Below are positions 16,256-24,194 of a stretch of 35,437 nucleotides of DNA, in pieces. The DNA is taken from contig JAAEES010000009.1 in NCBI GenBank assembly GCA_013415575.1, positions 1 to 35,437 of the forward strand, read 5' to 3'. Position 1 is the stretch's first letter. Each line of letters starts with the position of its first letter. Source of the DNA: Methanomicrobiales archaeon (GTDB taxonomy: Archaea; Halobacteriota; Methanomicrobia; Methanomicrobiales; Methanospirillaceae). Below the pieces are notes generated by a model. That model had not been told where the DNA came from. It made no database searches and worked only from the letters and a program-made list of their open reading frames with translations. Made by a program: the position numbers and the translations under genes.

Positions 16256-18034
16256 GTGACGCAGAAATCAGGCATCCGGACTCCGATTGTCGCCGTGCTT
16301 GGCCACGTCGATCATGGCAAGACCTCGCTTCTTGACCGGATAAGAGGTTCATCGGTGGTGAGCACCGAAGACGGAGCCATCACCCAGCATATCGGGGCGA
16401 CTATCGTTCCGATCGAAGCGATCAGGAAGATGAGCGGCACGATGGAAAAGATGCCTATCAGAGTTCCGGGACTCCTCTTCATCGACACTCCTGGTCACCA
16501 TGCATTCACCACCCTCCGTGCACGGGGAGGAGCGCTGGCGGACATGGCCATTCTGGTTGTGGACATCAACCAGGGATTCCAGCCACAGACCACCGAAGCG
16601 CTCCAGATCCTCCGCACCTACCGTACTCCCTTCGTCGTAGCGGCGACAAAAGTTGATCGCATTCATGGATGGCGCCCTTCAAAAGACGAGCCATTTCTCA
16701 CCTCATTCGCCCGCCAGAACGACCGGGTGAAGGATCTCGTGGAGACCAAGATCTACGGACTGGTGGCCAAGATCTCGGAATTCGGGTTCTCCGGGGAGCG
16801 CTTCGACAGGGTCTCCGATTTCCAGCGGAATCTGGCAATCGTGCCGGTCAGTGCCCACACCGGAGAGGGGATCGCCGAACTTCTCATGGTCATGATAGGG
16901 CTTGCCCAGCGCTACATGGAGCAGGATCTGGCATACTCAATTGATGGGCCCGGGACCGGAACGGTGCTCGAGGTCAAGGAAGAACGGGGTCTGGGAACCA
17001 CCCTTGACGTCATCCTCTATGATGGGACCCTCTCGGTGGGTGACGAGATAGCGATCGCCAGAACTGACGGGGTGGCGGTCACAAAAGTCCGGGCACTGCT
17101 GAAGCCGCGCCCCATGAAGGAAATCCTGGTTGAAGACCGGTTTGAACGGGTCAAGAAGGTAACGGCAGCTGTGGGAATCAAGGTGAGTGCCCCAAATCTC
17201 GATGGTACTATTGCCGGATCGCCGATCCAGGTGGTCTCCGGTGACCCGGAGCCGGTGAAGGAGCGGATCAGGAAAGAGATGGAGGAGATCTCGGTCAAGA
17301 TCTCTCCTGAAGGAGTAATAATAAAGGCGGATACGATAGGGGCGCTGGAAGCGCTCTGCAACGAGCTTGATGCAAAGGAAATCGGGGTCATGCGGGCCGA
17401 GGTGGGCCCGGTCAGCCGCCATGACCTCATCGAGGTGGAGACAATCAAGAACCACTATTACCGGGCCCTCCTCGCATTCAACACCGCAATCCTCCCTGAT
17501 GCGGCAGAGATGCTCAGGGATCCCGGGTATACGCAGGTGAAGGTCTTCGAAGGCCGGGTGATCTACCAGCTCGTTGATGATTATACCGCCTGGCGGGACG
17601 AGATGAAGAGGAAGGCTGAGCAGCAGCGGTTCGAGCAGATTATCATGCCGGCAAAGATCCGGATATTACCTCACTGCATTTTCCGACAGAGCAACCCCGC
17701 TGTGGTCGGTGTGCGGGTGCTCGGAGGAACACTCCGGACCGATGTCAACCTCATTCAGACCGATGGCAGGAAGGTCGGGCACCTCAAATCCATGCAGCTC
17801 AATCAGGAGAATATCCGTGAGGCGAAGGCCGGGGCTGAGGTTGCAATCTCTATCGAGGGAGCAACAGTCGGACGCCAGTTGAACGAGGGAGACGATCTCT
17901 TTGTAGAGATCCCCGAACGTCATGTCAAGGTGCTCGAACGTGAGATGCGGGCCACCCTGCCGATCAGCACTCAGGAAATTCTCGGTGAGTTTACGGTGAT
18001 GAAGCGCCAGGGCGATCCGTTCTGGGGCAAATAG
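16256..18034 (+). CDS. infB: Translation initiation factor aIF5B (IF-2)
   Basis: GHVDHGKT, GAITQHIGA, DTPGH, TKVD; ends DPFWGK. Confidence 0.96.
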   Translation: MTQKSGIRTPIVAVLGHVDHGKTSLLDRIRGSSVVSTEDGAITQHIGATIVPIEAIRKMSGTMEKMPIRVPGLLFIDTPGHHAFTTLRARGGALADMAILVVDINQGFQPQTTEALQILRTYRTPFVVAATKVDRIHGWRPSKDEPFLTSFARQNDRVKDLVETKIYGLVAKISEFGFSGERFDRVSDFQRNLAIVPVSAHTGEGIAELLMVMIGLAQRYMEQDLAYSIDGPGTGTVLEVKEERGLGTTLDVILYDGTLSVGDEIAIARTDGVAVTKVRALLKPRPMKEILVEDRFERVKKVTAAVGIKVSAPNLDGTIAGSPIQVVSGDPEPVKERIRKEMEEISVKISPEGVIIKADTIGALEALCNELDAKEIGVMRAEVGPVSRHDLIEVETIKNHYYRALLAFNTAILPDAAEMLRDPGYTQVKVFEGRVIYQLVDDYTAWRDEMKRKAEQQRFEQIIMPAKIRILPHCIFRQSNPAVVGVRVLGGTLRTDVNLIQTDGRKVGHLKSMQLNQENIREAKAGAEVAISIEGATVGRQLNEGDDLFVEIPERHVKVLEREMRATLPISTQEILGEFTVMKRQGDPFWGK

Positions 18035-18183
18035 TATTTAATAGATCGGCCGCCCAAAATTATGGGTACTTCCCGGGGGAGAACCGCATGCAGGCACCGG
18101 TACCTGGTGCAGTCCGGTCGAGATGAGATCCGGATCGCGGCCCCCTGTCTCCGGGATACTATTGAATCAAGGAGTCGTGGCAC

Positions 18184-18588
18184 ATGGTGGAGTTCAAGGT
18201 TGTATTGTCTGACCAGAAGTCAGGTCGGGCATATAATATCAACGTGAGTGGTGGTCCGGCAGGTGCCATCATCGGGAAACGGATTGGAGACGAGTTGGAT
18301 GCAGGGCCATTCGGTCTGCCGGGGTACCGCATGAAGATCACCGGGGGATCTGACCGGAATGGGACCCCGGCCCGGAGGAACCTCCCTCTATCCGGCAGGA
18401 AGAGACTGCTGCTCTCGGGCGGTGTCGGGTTCAAACCGGTCAGGGAAGGGCAACGGCGGAGGAAATCAATCCGGGGCAACGAGATCACCGCGGATTTTGT
18501 CCAGGTCAATGCCCGGATCACCGCCTACGGCGACAAATCCCTTGAAGAATACTTTGCCAAACCCGCCCCCGAAGAACAGAAAGAATAA
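18184..18588 (+). CDS. rps6e: 30S ribosomal protein S6e
   Basis: FKVVLSD, KITGGSDRNGTP and GQRRRKSIRGN. Confidence 0.96.
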   Translation: MVEFKVVLSDQKSGRAYNINVSGGPAGAIIGKRIGDELDAGPFGLPGYRMKITGGSDRNGTPARRNLPLSGRKRLLLSGGVGFKPVREGQRRRKSIRGNEITADFVQVNARITAYGDKSLEEYFAKPAPEEQKE

Positions 18589-18592
18589 TATT

Positions 18593-19054
18593 TTATTTTT
18601 TCAGGATCGTTTCCCTCAGCGCAGGGAGCAGATCTTCAAAAGGTACGCCATAGCGCCGTGCCAGGATAACAATTGCCGCTTCCGGCCTGATCTTCCCCTC
18701 GAAATTCTTGTGGATGAGGGTGTTCATCTCGGCAGCAATGGTGGTGAGGGGGAGATTACGCTGCAGGGCAATCCGCTGCATGAGCTCCTCCTGCGGGTCC
18801 GATTTCCGGAACACCGAGGCTGATGGTTTGAATCCGAGTGGGATCTCAACCGCTCCCACATCGAAAAGCGGCCGGATCATATCGCCTTCATAAGCGATCA
18901 ATCCCTCCTCCTCTGCCCGTGAGAGGAGCATGGTGGCCTGCTCGATATTCATCCATCCCCGTTCAAACGCAAGATAATAGACGATCTCATTCTTTTTCAG
19001 GCGTTCTTTTCGCGTATGCCTGAACGGTGCGGCGATGGTGCTGGCGAGACTCAT
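18593..19054 (-). CDS. DUF2240 family protein
   Basis: MSLASTIAAPF, YYLAFERGWM and VEIPLGFKPS; located near rps6e/rps8e. Confidence 0.8.
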   Translation of the reverse strand: MSLASTIAAPFRHTRKERLKKNEIVYYLAFERGWMNIEQATMLLSRAEEEGLIAYEGDMIRPLFDVGAVEIPLGFKPSASVFRKSDPQEELMQRIALQRNLPLTTIAAEMNTLIHKNFEGKIRPEAAIVILARRYGVPFEDLLPALRETILKK

Positions 19055-19213
19055 ACCTGCTCCTGGCAGTGCTTACCGGACGGGGATGTTCCCTCACTCT
19101 GCATACAGGAATAACCGTATATCACCGGTTTTTATCAAGCAATCGATCGGCAACCGTATCGAACGAGAGAACCTCCGGGCACGGTTCGCAAGACTCATAT
19201 GATCGGCATGGCG

Positions 19214-19552
19214 ATGATGGAGTATATGACGAGAACCAGGGAGCATGCAGAAGCAGCCAAGCAGCAGATCGACCAGATCGCCACCGAAATCGAGCGACTT
19301 CAGGCGAAGGCAGACCAGACCATAACTGATCTCCGTGCCGAGTACGAGCGAAGGATTAAGGATCTCTCTGCGGAATACGACAGAGAGCTCCGTAATCTTC
19401 GCCAGATGCGGTATGATACGGAAGAGCGGGTCACTATGTTGATGAATGCCAGCGGGAGTGCGGTAGAGGAGGTCCGCTCAGGGGTCGATGCGGCAATCAA
19501 CGAAATGAATGCCGCTCTTGTCCGGGCGAGGAAGCACTTCAAAGACCTCTGA
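19214..19552 (+). CDS. Hypothetical coiled-coil protein
   Basis: Heptad-like, E/K/R/A-rich helical sequence; start uncertain (19199, 19208, 19214 or 19217). Confidence 0.65.
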   Translation: MMEYMTRTREHAEAAKQQIDQIATEIERLQAKADQTITDLRAEYERRIKDLSAEYDRELRNLRQMRYDTEERVTMLMNASGSAVEEVRSGVDAAINEMNAALVRARKHFKDL

Positions 19553-19628
19553 TTCCACAGCGGACAATTCAGGGAGGAATGTCCAGGATCGATATAATTA
19601 TTATTGATAATTCCGATAGGTATTTCGA

Positions 19629-19682
19629 CAAAAGTCGTATCCTACTGTCCTCCTACACCCTTTGCTAGGGGTACGACTTTTG
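19629..19682. repeat. Inverted repeat / hairpin
   Basis: CAAAAGTCGTA (19629-19639) pairs perfectly with TACGACTTTTG (19672-19682); TCCT/GGGG extends the stem with G-U pairs. Confidence 0.7.
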
Positions 19683-19754
19683 GCATACCAGGTATCGGGG
19701 GTACGGCCGCAGGAACGGCTGCTCTCTATTTTTTACGTGCTATATAAAAAGGGA

Positions 19755-20132
19755 TTATTCGATAAGAATTGCGTTGATGACGCCATCCTGGCCGGGTCTG
19801 CTGATAATGCGCGCACGTCCTGCTTCGGTCCTGATAACCGCCCCTTTGGTGAGAAGGTTTCGTCTGACGTAGTTCGGATTTGCGCCATTCTCTTCAACAG
19901 TCTCGATAGCTGCTTTCCTTATCTCGCCATTTGCACGGTTTGCCACATTGGCGTACTGTGCACGCATCGCACGAACCTTGGGGTTCCCGCCGTACGAGCG
20001 GATAACCTTCCTGCGGTCCTCACCGATATGGGTCTCGGCCGGAGCCGAACCTATTTCGCACCTCCGCTTTCCCTGCGAGGGGCGGTATCTTCCACCGGTA
20101 GCCCTCCGGACTGATCTTCCCTGCCAGAGCAT
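19755..20132 (-). CDS. rps8e: 30S ribosomal protein S8e
   Basis: MLWQGRSVRRATGGR, NPNYVRRNLLTKGA and SRPGQDGVINA. Confidence 0.96.
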   Translation of the reverse strand: MLWQGRSVRRATGGRYRPSQGKRRCEIGSAPAETHIGEDRRKVIRSYGGNPKVRAMRAQYANVANRANGEIRKAAIETVEENGANPNYVRRNLLTKGAVIRTEAGRARIISRPGQDGVINAILIE

Positions 20133-20214
20133 CGTATATTCCTCTCAAACCTATGTTCGCATCATCACCGCGTGAATCGAACAGAGTGCTGCATATATAA
20201 TCCCTACAACATAT

Positions 20215-20874
20215 TTAAGAACTCTGTTTGGCCAGCAGCGCGTCGATGACCGCCCCGAGTCCCTCGCCATTCTTCAGATCGGTCCGGCATATCGTCATTG
20301 ACGGATTATAACGGCGCATATCCGCCTCCATCCGGTCGAGACTAGCCCCCACCAGCGGTGCCAGGTCCACTTTATTGATGATGCCGATATCGCAGCCGCG
20401 GAACATCATCGGATGTTTGTTCACCACATCGTCACCTTCGGTTGCACTCACGATGACCACTCTCTTCTCCGCACCAAGCAGAAAATCTGTCGGACAGACC
20501 ATGTTGCCGACATTCTCGATGAAGAGGAGATCGATTTCATCGAGCGGCAGGCCCTCCGCAGCGTGCTCGACAAGGTGGGCATCAAGATGGCATTCCTTCC
20601 CCGTATTTGCATTCACCACCGGAATGCCGAGGACTCTGATCCTCTGGAAGTCATCATCCCCATAGCAGTCACCGGCGATTGCCCCTGCCCTGATTCCCCG
20701 TTCTTTCAGGACTGGCACAATCTTCTCTATGAGCGCGGTCTTCCCTGAGCCGATCGCACCGAGGAGATCAATGGCCCGTACACCATGCGCCCTGAATTGA
20801 GAAGCATTTTCCCGCGCAATACGGTTATTGACGTCGAATATATCTTTCTCGAGCCTGACGTCGATATGGTGCAT
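20215..20874 (-). CDS. hypB: Hydrogenase nickel incorporation GTPase HypB
   Basis: GAIGSGKT, NTGKECHLDAH, ENVGNMVCP, EGDD and NKVD; start set to the ATG at 20874 (MHHIDV). Confidence 0.95.
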   Translation of the reverse strand: MHHIDVRLEKDIFDVNNRIARENASQFRAHGVRAIDLLGAIGSGKTALIEKIVPVLKERGIRAGAIAGDCYGDDDFQRIRVLGIPVVNANTGKECHLDAHLVEHAAEGLPLDEIDLLFIENVGNMVCPTDFLLGAEKRVVIVSATEGDDVVNKHPMMFRGCDIGIINKVDLAPLVGASLDRMEADMRRYNPSMTICRTDLKNGEGLGAVIDALLAKQSS

Positions 20875-20941
20875 GCAGTAGTGTATGATGCTGCAGTGTT
20901 TATAGGTTCCATTCGCACACCTTAGTATAATGAAGGATGAG

Positions 20942-21084
20942 ATGAAGGGGCAGCGCATCCTCTATCCCTGCTGAGCCACCCTGCATACTGGTGGAAACAC
21001 GAAGGCCGTATCGTGGTGAGCTGGGAACAGGGGAAAGAGAAGCTTCTCGCCACAGTGGCCGCTGCACTTGAAGGAAGGCGGTGA
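20942..21084 (+). pseudogene. srp19: Signal recognition particle protein SRP19, internally deleted and frameshifted
   Basis: MKGQRILYPC* (20942-20974), then in another frame SHPAYWWKHEGRIVVSWEQGKEKLLATVAAALEGRR* (20974-21084). These match the N- and C-terminal SRP19 motifs; the central EGRR region is missing. Confidence 0.78.
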
Positions 21085-21089
21085 TCGGG

Positions 21090-21740
21090 ATGTATGATTT
21101 GCATACCCATAGCACCCTGACTGACGGTGAGCTGATTCCTATCGAGCTGGTCAGGAGAATGGCTGTGCTTGGGTATACGACTGTGGCCATTACTGACCAT
21201 GCCGATCCAGCCAACCTGCACTTCGTCATTGAAGCAGTTCAGAAGGTGAAGGAAGCGGCACTTCTGTATGGCGTGAATCTGCTGTGCGGCGTCGAGCTCA
21301 CCCACCTCCCCCCGGCCATGATCGCGTCCTGTGCATGTGAGGCCAAGCAGAGTGGGGCAGATATCGTAGTGGTCCATGGTGAGACGACTGTTGAGCCGGT
21401 GGCCGAAGGGACCAATAGCGCAGCCTGCACCTGCGACGCTGTGGACATCCTCGCCCATCCCGGCCTGATCACTCTGGACGATGCCGAAGCAGCCCGGGAT
21501 CACCGGGTGGCCCTGGAGATAACCTCCCGGGGTGGCCATAACCGGACGAACGGGTATGTGGTGACGGTGGCACGGGAAGCAGGATGTCTCCTCGTCGTGA
21601 ACTCCGACGCGCACGGTCCGCAGGATCTCCTCGATGAGCGCGCGAGATTTCTGGTTGCGCGGGGTGCAGGACTTAAAAAGGACGAATGCTCCCGCGTGTT
21701 GGCTTTAAATATCGATTCACTGCTTTTACGCGGAATTTGA
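21090..21740 (+). CDS. PHP-domain (histidinol phosphatase-like) protein
   Basis: DLHTHS..TDG, ITDHAD, GVELTH, ILAHPG and NSDAH. Confidence 0.9.
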   Translation: MYDLHTHSTLTDGELIPIELVRRMAVLGYTTVAITDHADPANLHFVIEAVQKVKEAALLYGVNLLCGVELTHLPPAMIASCACEAKQSGADIVVVHGETTVEPVAEGTNSAACTCDAVDILAHPGLITLDDAEAARDHRVALEITSRGGHNRTNGYVVTVAREAGCLLVVNSDAHGPQDLLDERARFLVARGAGLKKDECSRVLALNIDSLLLRGI

Positions 21741-21800
21741 TATTTATACCTTTACAATAAGTTTTTATACTATAAATAAGAATATATATAGATTACTAAA
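21741..21800 (+). promoter_or_regulatory. AT-rich promoter region of gar1-tfb with several TATA-like boxes
   Basis: TTTATA twice, TATAAATA and AATATATATA within 60 bp in an otherwise GC-rich window. Confidence 0.6.
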
Positions 21801-21847
21801 CAGTTTCACTGCCATTTTTCCGTGGGCAGGACTGACGGGGTTTTATC

Positions 21848-22075
21848 TTGAAAGCGATTGGGAATGCGGTGCATACGGTAGGGAAGCGACTCCTTGTTCT
21901 TCGCTGCGATCCGGCCCAGCTTCCCAGGATGTATTCCGAGGTCGTTGACAGGAGAATGAAGCCCGTAGGAAAAGTGGTGGATGTGTTTGGGAACGTGGCA
22001 ACTCCGTATGCGGCCGTGCTCTGCAAGGCAGAATGCAGGGTGGCAGCAGGGGAGAAGTTGTTCATCACAAGGTAG
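21848..22075 (+). CDS. gar1: H/ACA RNP component Gar1
   Basis: VGKVVDVFGNVATPY motif; immediately upstream of tfb; TTG start. Confidence 0.85.
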   Translation: MKAIGNAVHTVGKRLLVLRCDPAQLPRMYSEVVDRRMKPVGKVVDVFGNVATPYAAVLCKAECRVAAGEKLFITR

Positions 22076-22084
22076 GCGAAGAGT

Positions 22085-23095
22085 ATGCAGGAAGTAGAGA
22101 AGTTAAAGATCCTTCAGAACGAGAGAGAAGCTCTCAAACACCGTCTGAAAGAGCGGGTTAAGGAGCACGAGAAGAAAGCAGAGGATCACACCGAGACGGT
22201 CTGTCCCGAGTGCGGGAGCCGCCAGCTGGTCCATGATTATGAACGTGCAGAGCTGGTCTGCCAGAACTGCGGGCTGGTCATCGACGAGGACTTCATCGAC
22301 CGCGGGCCGGAATGGCGGGCGTTTGACCACGACCAGCGGATGAAGCGCTCCCGGGTCGGTGCTCCGATGACCTTCACCATCCATGACAAAGGGCTCTCCA
22401 CAATGATCGACTGGAGGAACCGGGACTCGTATGGGAGGGCCATCTCGAGCAAGAATCGTGCCCAGCTGTATCGCCTGCGTAAGTGGCAGCGGAGGATCAG
22501 GGTCAGCAATGCAACCGAGCGGAACCTCGCATTTGCCCTCTCCGAGCTTGACCGTATGGCCTCCGCTCTCGGCCTCCCGCGCAATGTACGGGAGACGGCT
22601 GCGGTGGTGTACCGTGATGCGGTGGACAAGAACCTGATCAGGGGAAGGAGCATTGAAGGTGTTGCTGCGGCAGCCCTCTATGCAGCATGCCGTCAGTGCA
22701 GCGTCCCCCGGACCCTTGATGAGATTGCCGAAGTATCACGGGTATCCCGCAAAGAGATCGGGAGGACCTACCGGTTCATCTCCCGTGAACTGGGACTCAA
22801 GCTTCTTCCCACATCCCCGATCGACTATGTGCCGCGGTTCTGCTCGGGCCTGAACCTGAAAGGAGAGGTCCAGAGCAGGGCGGTGGAGATCCTCCGGCAG
22901 GCCGGTGAGCGCGAGCTGACCAGCGGCCGGGGCCCGACTGGTGTTGCTGCGGCTGCGATTTATATCTCATCCATCCTTGGCGGAGAGCGGCGAACCCAGC
23001 GGGAGGTTGCCGAAGTTGCCGGGGTTACTGAAGTAACCATCCGGAACCGGTACAAGGAACTGGCAGAGAAACTGGACATCGAGATCATCCTCTGA
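22085..23095 (+). CDS. tfb: Transcription initiation factor IIB
   Basis: CPECG...CQNCG zinc ribbon, GPEWRAF, cyclin repeats and [10 protein letters not shown]. Confidence 0.97.
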   Translation: MQEVEKLKILQNEREALKHRLKERVKEHEKKAEDHTETVCPECGSRQLVHDYERAELVCQNCGLVIDEDFIDRGPEWRAFDHDQRMKRSRVGAPMTFTIHDKGLSTMIDWRNRDSYGRAISSKNRAQLYRLRKWQRRIRVSNATERNLAFALSELDRMASALGLPRNVRETAAVVYRDAVDKNLIRGRSIEGVAAAALYAACRQCSVPRTLDEIAEVSRVSRKEIGRTYRFISRELGLKLLPTSPIDYVPRFCSGLNLKGEVQSRAVEILRQAGERELTSGRGPTGVAAAAIYISSILGGERRTQREVAEVAGVTEVTIRNRYKELAEKLDIEIIL

Positions 23096-23200
23096 TCTCA
23101 CCGATACTTTTCTTGGCGCTCATACCGGCATATGCCGGCGAAGAGGGTGGAAGAGGAACAACTATATCCAACCGGAAGATACCTAGTACACCGCATTTCA

Positions 23201-23272
23201 GGGCTTGTAGATCAGGGGTAGATCGTTACGTTCGCAACGTAAAGGCCGCGGGTTCGAATCCCGCCAAGTCCA
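23201..23272 (+). tRNA. tRNA-Ala (CGC)
   Basis: GGGCTTG...CAAGTCCA with G3:U70; anticodon arm TTACG-TTCGCAA-CGTAA; T-loop TTCGAAT. Confidence 0.96.
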
Positions 23273-23294
23273 TATTCTCTTTTTTAGGAGTAGG

Positions 23295-23374
23295 AAGAGG
23301 TGACCGGAGGTCGCCGTGGTTTCGAAAGGCGAAGCCTTCGGTCCGCAAAAGGAAAGGCCGCGGGTTCGAATCCC
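23295..23374 (+). repeat. tRNA-linked double-hairpin repeat, copy 1, with a tRNA-Ala T-arm duplicate
   Basis: AAGAGGTGACCGGAGGTCGCCGTGGTTTCGAAAGGCGAAGCCTTCGG, then a 22-nt exact copy (23353-23374) of tRNA positions 23241-23262. Confidence 0.85.
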
Positions 23375-23433
23375 CCACTGGTGCAGATTCGCAATGCCTA
23401 TTACCTATCTGCTCTGAACTCTTAGGGCAGGAA

Positions 23434-23505
23434 GGGCTCGTAGATCAGGGGTAGATCGTCACGTTTGCAACGTGAAGGCCACGGGTTCAAATCCCGTCGA
23501 GTCCA
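23434..23505 (+). tRNA. tRNA-Ala (UGC)
   Basis: GGGCTCG...CGAGTCCA with G3:U70; anticodon arm TCACG-TTTGCAA-CGTGA; T-loop TTCAAAT. Confidence 0.96.
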
Positions 23506-23735
23506 TATTTTTTTATTACGATCATCCAGTATTCCTTCTGAAAAACCCGGTGGAAAAGAGGCGACCGGAGGTCGCCATGGTTTCGAAAGGCGAAGCCTTC
23601 GGTTCGGAACCGTCGAGTCCATATTTTTTATTACAATCATCCAGTATTCCATCTAAAAAACCCGGTGGAAAAGAGGCTGCCGGGGGTCGCCATGGGGTCG
23701 AGAGGTGAAGCTTTCGGCCTGGAAAAGGAAAGGCC
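23494..23735 (+). repeat. Tandem ~116-bp repeat starting in the tRNA-Ala(UGC) 3' end; contains double-hairpin copies 2 and 3
   Basis: CCGTCGAGTCCATATTTTTT...ATCATCCAGTATTCC...AAAAACCCGGTGGAAAAGAGGC...GGTCGCCATGG starts at both 23494 and 23610. Confidence 0.9.
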
Positions 23736-23775
23736 AGGATTCCGATTCGGGTATGGGACGAACAGGATGGACTGG

Positions 23776-24111
23776 TTAATCGATCCAGTCGAGAAGAAGT
23801 CCGGGATCCTTTCTGGCGAAACGTCCTTGCGGGGTGCCGGTCCCCTCGTAATCGTGCCGGGATTCTTTCGGGCGGATATCAGAAAGAACGGGCAGGGGGT
23901 CACGGGGAGGTTCATGCGGCTGGGAGTGTACTTCTTCGGCCAGGATGATCGGGTTTGGGGAAGCGACTTTCTGGTTCTCCTGGAAGAGAGGACTGTTTTC
24001 GGGGAGGAACCCTTCACCCGTGCCCCGTTGCAGGACAAAATCTATATAAGTCTCTACTTCGCGCCGCTGGTCAGGAGAGAGCCGGGTGATTTTTTCGTCT
24101 AGTGAACCCAT
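23776..24111 (-). CDS. Hypothetical protein with a DUF2281-like N-terminus
   Basis: MGSLDEKITRLSPDQRREVETYIDFVLQR, then a low-complexity tail ending LLDWID. Confidence 0.65.
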   Translation of the reverse strand: MGSLDEKITRLSPDQRREVETYIDFVLQRGTGEGFLPENSPLFQENQKVASPNPIILAEEVHSQPHEPPRDPLPVLSDIRPKESRHDYEGTGTPQGRFARKDPGLLLDWID

Positions 24112-24194
24112 GATACCCACCCCACGGTTTTCTGCCACAGGTTTCTGTTGTCAGAGGGCATTAAACCACCTCACCTGGAGCAGTCCCGTTCTGC

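Noticed and set aside
19555..19754. SRP (7S) RNA gene near rps8e/srp19
   Set aside because: The gap is only about 200 nt, too short for a ~300-nt archaeal SRP RNA, and shows no helix 6/8 architecture.
20875..20958. Cys/His-rich N-terminal extension of HypB in the ORF track
   Set aside because: It crosses the divergent promoter region and the srp19 start; ATG 20874 gives a typical N-terminus.
20972..20974. Sec or readthrough at the TGA in srp19
   Set aside because: The downstream SRP19-like sequence is in a different frame and the middle of the protein is missing.
23341..23385. A third tRNA or split-tRNA half
   Set aside because: The T-arm is present but there is no acceptor 3' strand or D arm, and no complementary leader/BHB partner is visible.
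23113..23708. ORF-track ORFs over the tRNA-Ala/repeat region
   Set aside because: They overlap tRNA genes and repeats and show no protein-like features.
23295..23748. CRISPR array
   Set aside because: Only three long, unevenly spaced units; the intervening sequences are duplicated or tRNA-derived rather than unique spacers; no cas genes.
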